A stretch of 24,188 nt of DNA from the IMG/VR virus record IMGVR_UViG_2531839374_000011; one strand, written 5' to 3'. Origin of the DNA: a virus. Its lineage: Duplodnaviria > Heunggongvirae > Uroviricota > Caudoviricetes. Below the pieces are notes generated by a model, which saw only the letters and a list, made by a program, of their open reading frames with translations, made no database searches and was not told the origin of the DNA. This document shows, one piece after another, positions 19,115 to 24,188 of the stretch (position 1 is its first letter; every line of letters begins with the position of its first letter). The position numbers and the translations under genes are program-made.

Positions 19115-19247
19115 CGGTGATCTGAATGCGTTGCTGGATGAAACGGAGGCCGCCTGGGCGGTCTGTGCAGACAAAGTGGACATGATTATTGCGTGTCAGG
19201 AGCGAAACAGTGAACAAACCACAATCCCTGCGCCACGCCCTCAATAA
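18957..19247 (+). CDS. LysC / Rz1-like outer-membrane lipoprotein spanin, embedded in and extending beyond lysB
   Basis: Signal peptide with lipobox LTLSGC, Pro-rich mature part, overlapping frame within the Rz-like gene. Confidence 0.65.
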   Translation: MRTRIYVAGLILLCLLTLSGCGNVRHSPEVQLTVSGCPRVTPCRLEQAAPRTNGDLNALLDETEAAWAVCADKVDMIIACQERNSEQTTIPAPRPQ

Positions 19248-19641
19248 AGCAGTGCCTTATGTCCGTAATAACCCGGACAAACTGCATCTGTTTGTGGATA
19301 ACGGTTCGCTGGTTGCCTCCGGGGCTAGCTCCATGTCATGGGAGTACCGCTACACCCTGAACGTGGTGATTGAAGATTTCAGCGGCGACCAGAATCTGCT
19401 GATGGCCCCGGTTTTGCTGTGGCTGCGGGATAACCAGCCCGATGCGATCAATAACCCGGCGTTACGGGAAAAGCTATTCACCTTTGAGGTGGATATTCTG
19501 CGCAACGATGTCTGTGATATCAGCCTTAACCTGCAACTGACGGAGCGTGTGCTGGTCAGCACTGACGGCAGTGTGTCGAACGTTGAAGCGGTAGCGGAAC
19601 CTGATGAACCTGAAGAAATGTGGACGGTGAAACGTGGCTGA
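19210..19641 (+). CDS. Tail completion protein (P2 gpR family)
   Basis: GTG at 19210 with AGGAG RBS 7 nt upstream; the track ORF begins at 19189 with TTG. Confidence 0.7.
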   Translation: MNKPQSLRHALNKAVPYVRNNPDKLHLFVDNGSLVASGASSMSWEYRYTLNVVIEDFSGDQNLLMAPVLLWLRDNQPDAINNPALREKLFTFEVDILRNDVCDISLNLQLTERVLVSTDGSVSNVEAVAEPDEPEEMWTVKRG

Positions 19642-20077
19642 ATTGCAGAAGGTGGACGACTGGCTGAGTGCATTATTGGCGAATCTGGAGCCAGCCGCAA
19701 GAAGCCGCATGATGCGCCAGCTGGCGCAGGAACTGCGCCGGACACAGCAGCAGAACATCAGGATGCAGCGCAATCCTGATGGCAGCAGTTATGAGCCGCG
19801 CAGGGTAACAGCACGCAGCAAAAAGGGGTGCATCAAACGTCAGATGTTTACAAAGCTGCGCACCACAAAATACCTGAAAACTGCAGCCAGCGCCGATTCT
19901 GCCAGCGTACAGTTTGAAGGTAGGGTGCAGCGCATTGCCCGTATTCACCATTACGGCTTGAGTGATCGCGTCAGTCGAAAAGGTATTTATACCATCTATG
20001 CGAAAAGGCAGTTATTAGGTTTTAATGTCCAATCTATTGAGTTAATTGAAAGAATGTTCATTAAAAACCTAACTTGA
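19634..20077 (+). pseudogene. Tail completion protein (P2 gpS family) with replaced/AT-rich 3' end adjacent to IS1
   Basis: GTG start overlapping the gpR stop; composition changes abruptly to AT-rich at about 19990 and the downstream tail genes are missing. Confidence 0.55.
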
Positions 20078-20155
20078 TTTTTATTTGTTTTCAATTGAGT
20101 GGTAATGCTGCCAACTTACTGATTTAGTGTATGATGGTGATTTTAAGGTGCTTGC

Positions 20156-20431
20156 GTGGCTTCCATTTCCATCAGATGTCCTTCCTGCTCCGCTACTGAA
20201 GGCGTGGTGCGTAACGGCAAAAGCACTGCCGGACATCAGCGCTATCTCTGCTCTCATTGCCGTAAAACATGGCAACTACAGTTCACTTACACCGCCTCTC
20301 AGCCCGGTACGCACCAGAAAATCATTGATATGGCCATGAATGGCGTCGGATGTCGCGCCAGTGCACGCATTATGGGCGTTGGCCTCAACACGGTTTTACG
20401 TCACTTAAAAAACTCAGGCCGCAGTCGGTAA
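20156..20431 (+). CDS. insA: IS1 InsA (91 aa)
   Basis: [43 protein letters not shown]... ending ...[14 protein letters not shown]. Confidence 0.95.
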   Translation: MASISIRCPSCSATEGVVRNGKSTAGHQRYLCSHCRKTWQLQFTYTASQPGTHQKIIDMAMNGVGCRASARIMGVGLNTVLRHLKNSGRSR

Positions 20432-20853
20432 CCTCGCGCATACAACCGGGCAGTGATGTGATTGTCTGCGCTGAAATGGACGAACAGTGGGGCTACGTCG
20501 GTGCTAAATCACGTCAGCGCTGGCTGTTTTACGCGTATGACAGGATACGGAGGACGGTTGTGGCGCACGTCTTCGGTGAACGCACTCTGGCCACACTGGA
20601 GCGTCTTCTGAGCCTGCTGTCGGCCTTTGAGGTCGTGGTATGGATGACGGATGGCTGGCCGCTGTATGAATCACGCCTGAAGGGAAAGCTGCACGTTATC
20701 AGCAAGCGTTACACTCAGCGCATTGAGCGACATAATCTGAATCTGAGACAACATCTGGCAAGGCTGGGACGGAAGTCACTGTCGTTCTCAAAATCGGTGG
20801 AGCTGCATGACAAGGTCATCGGGCATTATCTGAACATAAAACACTATCAGTAA
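20350..20853 (+). CDS. insB: IS1 InsB frame (expressed as InsAB' by -1 frameshift at the A6C run 20407-20413)
   Basis: -1 frame overlapping insA; TTAAAAAAC slippery run present. Confidence 0.9.
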   Translation: MSRQCTHYGRWPQHGFTSLKKLRPQSVTSRIQPGSDVIVCAEMDEQWGYVGAKSRQRWLFYAYDRIRRTVVAHVFGERTLATLERLLSLLSAFEVVVWMTDGWPLYESRLKGKLHVISKRYTQRIERHNLNLRQHLARLGRKSLSFSKSVELHDKVIGHYLNIKHYQ

Positions 20854-20868
20854 GTTGGAGTCATTACC

Positions 20869-21024
20869 TACACAGAAATGCCTGTGAAGGTCAGTGGCTT
20901 TAAACAGCCGCTAGATGATGCGGAATGGACCATTACGACTCTGACGCATACTGTCAGCCCGGATAACGGTTTTACGACCAGTCTGGAGCTTGAAGTGAGG
21001 ATTGATGATTTCGAAATGGAATGA
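20869..21024 (+). pseudogene. C-terminal fragment (about 50 codons) of tail protein D (P2 gpD family), abutting IS1
   Basis: Open frame from the IS1 end ...EMPVKVSGFKQPLDDAEWTITTLTHTVSPDNGFTTSLELEVRIDDFEME* with no start codon; sits just upstream of ogr as gpD does in P2. Confidence 0.55.
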
Positions 21025-21114
21025 TTCTTCGCAATGGAGAACTTTTAAGTTTGCAAAATGGAATAATGCGGTATCATTATTGTGAATTTAGCAAAAATGG
21101 GGAGAACTCGAAAA

Positions 21115-21333
21115 ATGATGATTTGCCCACTGTGTGGAAGTGCCGCCCATACTCGCAGCAGTTTTCAGGTATCTTCATTGACCAAAGAGCGTTACAACCA
21201 GTGCCAGAACATTAACTGCAGCCATACTTTTGTTACCCATGAAACTTTTGTTCGTTCGATTGCAACGCCAAAAGAGTCAAATCCGGTTCAGCCGCATCCA
21301 ATGAAATCAGGACAGGTGGCGCTCTCTCTTTGA
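21115..21333 (+). CDS. ogr: Ogr/Delta-family zinc-finger late-gene transcriptional activator (72 aa)
   Basis: MMICPLCGSAAHTRSS...KERYNQCQNINCSHTF... = CxxC...CxxxxC Zn-finger matching the recalled P2 Ogr (CPLCQHAAH...KERYHQCQNVNCSATF). Confidence 0.85.
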   Translation: MMICPLCGSAAHTRSSFQVSSLTKERYNQCQNINCSHTFVTHETFVRSIATPKESNPVQPHPMKSGQVALSL

Positions 21334-21412
21334 CGCTGCCGCCATTTTGTCGCCATCGTTAAAAAACAGTGCTTCTAACATCATGATTTTAAAAGGCATA
21401 AATTTCAGACAA

Positions 21413-21456
21413 CAAAAAACCCATCAACCTTGAACCGAAATGGCGGGGTTGATGGG
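21413..21456 (-). terminator. Rho-independent terminator downstream of ybjL
   Basis: Minus strand: 10-bp stem CCCATCAACC/GGTTGATGGG followed by a T6 run. Confidence 0.55.
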
Positions 21457-21568
21457 CTCCACAAAATGGGGACATCAAAGAAAAGCAGTGGCACTAATTA
21501 AGACTGATGCCCTGCGGAAAAGTTCTGCGGTTGTGCAAAAAAATTTCATTTTCAGGGCAACTTCAGTT

Positions 21569-23254
21569 TTATCCTAATCCTGGCCATACCATGACGATGA
21601 TTGTCCCTGCCAGCGTCAGCAGGACGTTGGCGATTGCGTAGGTGCCCGCATAGCCCAGCGCAGGGATGTTACTGCGAGCTGTATCACTGATGATCTCCAT
21701 TGCCGGCGCGCAGGTGCGTGCGCCCATCATTGCGCCGAACAACAGTGCGCGGTTCATTCGCAATACATAAGCACCGAACAAGAAACAGATAACCACGGGC
21801 ACAAGACTGACAATTAATCCGGCAATCAACATCTGACCGCCAATCGCGCCCAGGCCGTTATTAATACCGCTACCGGCGCTCAGACCAACGCCTGCCATAA
21901 ACACCATCAAGCCGAACTCTTTCACCATGCTTAATGCACCTTGCGGAATGTAACCGAAGGTCGGGTGGTTAGCACGCATAAAGCCCAGCATAATTCCGGC
22001 GAATAACAACCCGGCAGCGTTCCCCATGCCGAAACTGAATGTGCTGAACTGGAAGGTGATCATCCCGATCATCAGCCCAATAACAAAGAAGGCGCAAAAT
22101 GCCAGCAGGTCAGTGACCTGGCTGTGAATCGAGATAAAGCCGATGCGATCGGCGATGGTTTTTACGCGACGGGCATCACCGCTGACTTGTAAAACGTCAC
22201 CTTTGTTAAGCACGACGTTGTCATCTATCGGCATCTCAATCTGGCTACGAATGACGCGGTTAAGGAAGCAACCGTGATCGGTCAACTTCAGTTGTGCGAG
22301 ACGTTTACCTACAGCGTTATGGTTTTTAACGACCACTTCTTCAGTGACGATACGCATGTCGAGAAGGTCACGATCGAAAACTTCTTTACCGTTACGGAAG
22401 CTGGGATCGAGTCGGGCATGGGCGTCGGGATAGCCTACCAACGCTATTTCATCGCCCATTTGTAGCACGGCATCACCGTCTGGATTTGCCAGAATCCCGT
22501 TACGTCGAATACGTTCAATGTAGCAGCCGGTTTGTCGATAAATACCCAGTTCACGCAGATTTTTGCCGTCGGTCCAGGCCACCAGCTCCGGGCCGACGCG
22601 ATAGGCGCGGATCACCGGTAAATAAACCTTACGGTTGGCATCAGTGTCCAGGCCACGTTCGCGGGCGATTTGCTGGGCGCTGGTCTGTAAGTCCTGATGC
22701 TGCAATTTCGGCAAGTAACGCGCACCAACAATCAAACTCACCAGACCGATTAAATAGGTTAAGGCATACCCGAGGCTCAGATTATCCAGTGCCAGTGAGA
22801 GCTGCCTGCTTTCCATGCCGGAATGACGCAGTGTATCGCCAGCACCGACCAGAACCGGTGTCGACGTCATAGAGCCTGCTAACATACCGGCCGTCAGGCC
22901 AATATCCCAGCCAAACAGCTTACCTAACCCTAAGGCGATCACCAGCGCACTGCCAACCATCACCAGTGCTAACATTAGGTAATTTTTCCCATCGCGAAAA
23001 AAAATGGAAAAAAAGTTCGGTCCGGCTTCGACCCCGACGCAGAAAATAAACAGCATAAAGCCAAGATTAAGCGCATCGGTGTTAATGCTGAAATGTTGTT
23101 GGCCTAATAACAGCGATACGACTAAAACGCCAATGGAATTACCCAGTTGGATCGAACCAAGTCGTAACTTTCCGAGACATAGCCCAAGCGCGAGGACCAC
23201 AAATAATAACAGAATGTAATTCCCATTTAACAATTCGGCGACGTTTATATTCAC
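21569..23254 (-). CDS. ybjL: Putative transporter YbjL (AAE-family membrane protein with TrkA-C domains)
   Basis: 561 aa starting [33 protein letters not shown]..., recognised as E. coli YbjL. Confidence 0.85.
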
Positions 23255-23523
23255 GGAGGCTAACTTCTTGTTTACTAGTAAGCTGTTGAAAGAAATGGTA
23301 ATTTACGATAATGTTTTTTACCAGAATTCAGGGCGCAGATTCATTCAGCGCACCTAAACGATAGTAAAGTAACAATATATTTTACTAGTGTAATCACATT
23401 AGGTATCAACGGCTATATGAATTGCGTTGGCCTATATTAGCATGGAATGCGAAGCGGCTTTATCTTACTGAACGCCACACTGGCGAAAAATGTGTTCGAT
23501 AGACGCAGTGTCAGGAGGAACGA

Positions 23524-23901
23524 GTGAAACATAAACAACGTTGGGCGGGGGCAATCTGCTGTTTTGTCCTCTTCATTGTGGTGTGCCTTTTTCTGGCGAC
23601 GCACATGAAAGGCGCTTTTCGGGCTGCCGGGCATCCTGAAATCGGCTTGCTGTTTTTCATTCTTCCTGGAGCAGTTGCCAGTTTCTTTTCACAGCGTAGA
23701 GAAGTCCTGAAACCTCTATTTGGCGCAATGCTGGCGGCACCCTGTTCAATGCTCATTATGCGGCTGTTTTTTTCACCGACGCGCTCATTCTGGCAAGAGC
23801 TGGCATGGTTACTAAGCGCGGTGTTCTGGTGTGCGCTGGGGGCACTGTGTTTCTTATTTATCAGTAGTTTGTTTAAACCACAGCACAGAAAAAATCAGTA
23901 A
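23524..23901 (+). CDS. ybjM: Inner membrane protein YbjM (125 aa)
   Basis: Hydrophobic 125-aa protein between ybjL and grxA, as in E. coli. Confidence 0.75.
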   Translation: MKHKQRWAGAICCFVLFIVVCLFLATHMKGAFRAAGHPEIGLLFFILPGAVASFFSQRREVLKPLFGAMLAAPCSMLIMRLFFSPTRSFWQELAWLLSAVFWCALGALCFLFISSLFKPQHRKNQ

Positions 23902-23921
23902 AGCCCTCAACGCGAGGGCTT
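23901..23921. terminator. Hairpin between convergent ybjM and grxA (likely bidirectional terminator)
   Basis: AAGCCCTC-AACGC-GAGGGCTT with an A/T run on the ybjM-proximal side. Confidence 0.45.
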
Positions 23922-23930
23922 GTCAGACGA

Positions 23931-24188
23931 TCAGGCGTCCAGATTTTCTTTCACCCATGCAGCAAAATCGGTATAGCCGCCGATATGTTGCTGATCGACA
24001 AAAATCTGCGGCACGGTTTCTACGGGTTTACCTGCCTTTTGTTGTAGATCTTCTTTAGTGATCCCTTCCGCACGAATATCTACATACTGATACTGAAAAT
24101 CATCGCGTTCATTGCTCAATTTCTCAGCCAGATCTTTTGCACGCACACAGTAAGGGCAACCCGAACGACCAAAAATAACGGTTTGCAT
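23931..24188 (-). CDS. grxA: Glutaredoxin 1
   Basis: 85 aa, MQTVIFGRSGCPYCVRAKDLAEKL... with CPYC active site; start codon is the last three bases of the window. Confidence 0.9.
   Translation of the reverse strand: MQTVIFGRSGCPYCVRAKDLAEKLSNERDDFQYQYVDIRAEGITKEDLQQKAGKPVETVPQIFVDQQHIGGYTDFAAWVKENLDA

Larger units (their letters stand above)
20101..20868 (+). mobile_element. IS1, canonical 768-bp copy, no target-site duplication
   Basis: Terminal repeats GGTAATGCTGCCAACTTACTGAT... and ...CAGTAAGTTGGAGTCATTACC; flanking 9-mers CAATTGAGT vs TACACAGAA differ. Confidence 0.95.

Noticed and set aside
21420-21456. Hairpin near the prophage junction considered as a possible tRNA 3' fragment / att core
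   Set aside because: No acceptor/T-arm consensus; a stem followed by a T-run on the minus strand is better explained as the ybjL terminator.
22274-23219. ORFs overlapping ybjL on the opposite strand or in other frames
   Set aside because: ybjL is a recognised full-length host gene; the overlapping frames are chance ORFs.

Overview
This window reads as a decayed P2/186-like prophage, riddled with insertion sequences, that ends at the host genes ybjL-ybjM-grxA (Escherichia-type context). All calls are from reading the sequence and the ORF track by eye; no searches were run, and family assignments rest on recalled motifs. Layout, left to right: (1) a partial IS911 (1-375, inverted) cutting the 3' end of a P2-type integrase that also carries an in-frame TAG; (2) an IS1 copy with an intact 9-bp target duplication and a 1-bp insertion fusing insA to insB; (3) a small secreted Cys-rich ORF; (4) a 186-type lysogeny switch (cI leftward, apl-like and cII rightward), with cII cut by a complete IS911 (3537-4785); (5) a 5'-truncated dam-like methyltransferase and the replication initiator gpA/RepA, broken by a frameshift in a T7 run; (6) a LexA box driving a tum-like small gene plus a DinI-like gene; (7) an AT-rich two-gene island (8714-11227) encoding an ABC-type P-loop ATPase with an unassigned N-terminal domain and an HNH-motif nuclease. 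This island is the best candidate for an accessory anti-phage defence system: the architecture is Septu-like (PtuA/PtuB) but I cannot assign it confidently, so it may be a divergent or undescribed variant. (8) Late genes follow: portal Q (amber stop plus G-run frameshift), terminase P, scaffold O, capsid N, small terminase M, L, X, a lysis cassette (pinholin-like holin, SAR endolysin, LysA, Rz/Rz1-like), R and a 3'-altered S. (9) A second IS1 without target duplication has deleted the tail-gene block down to a gpD C-terminal fragment, followed by ogr and the host junction.
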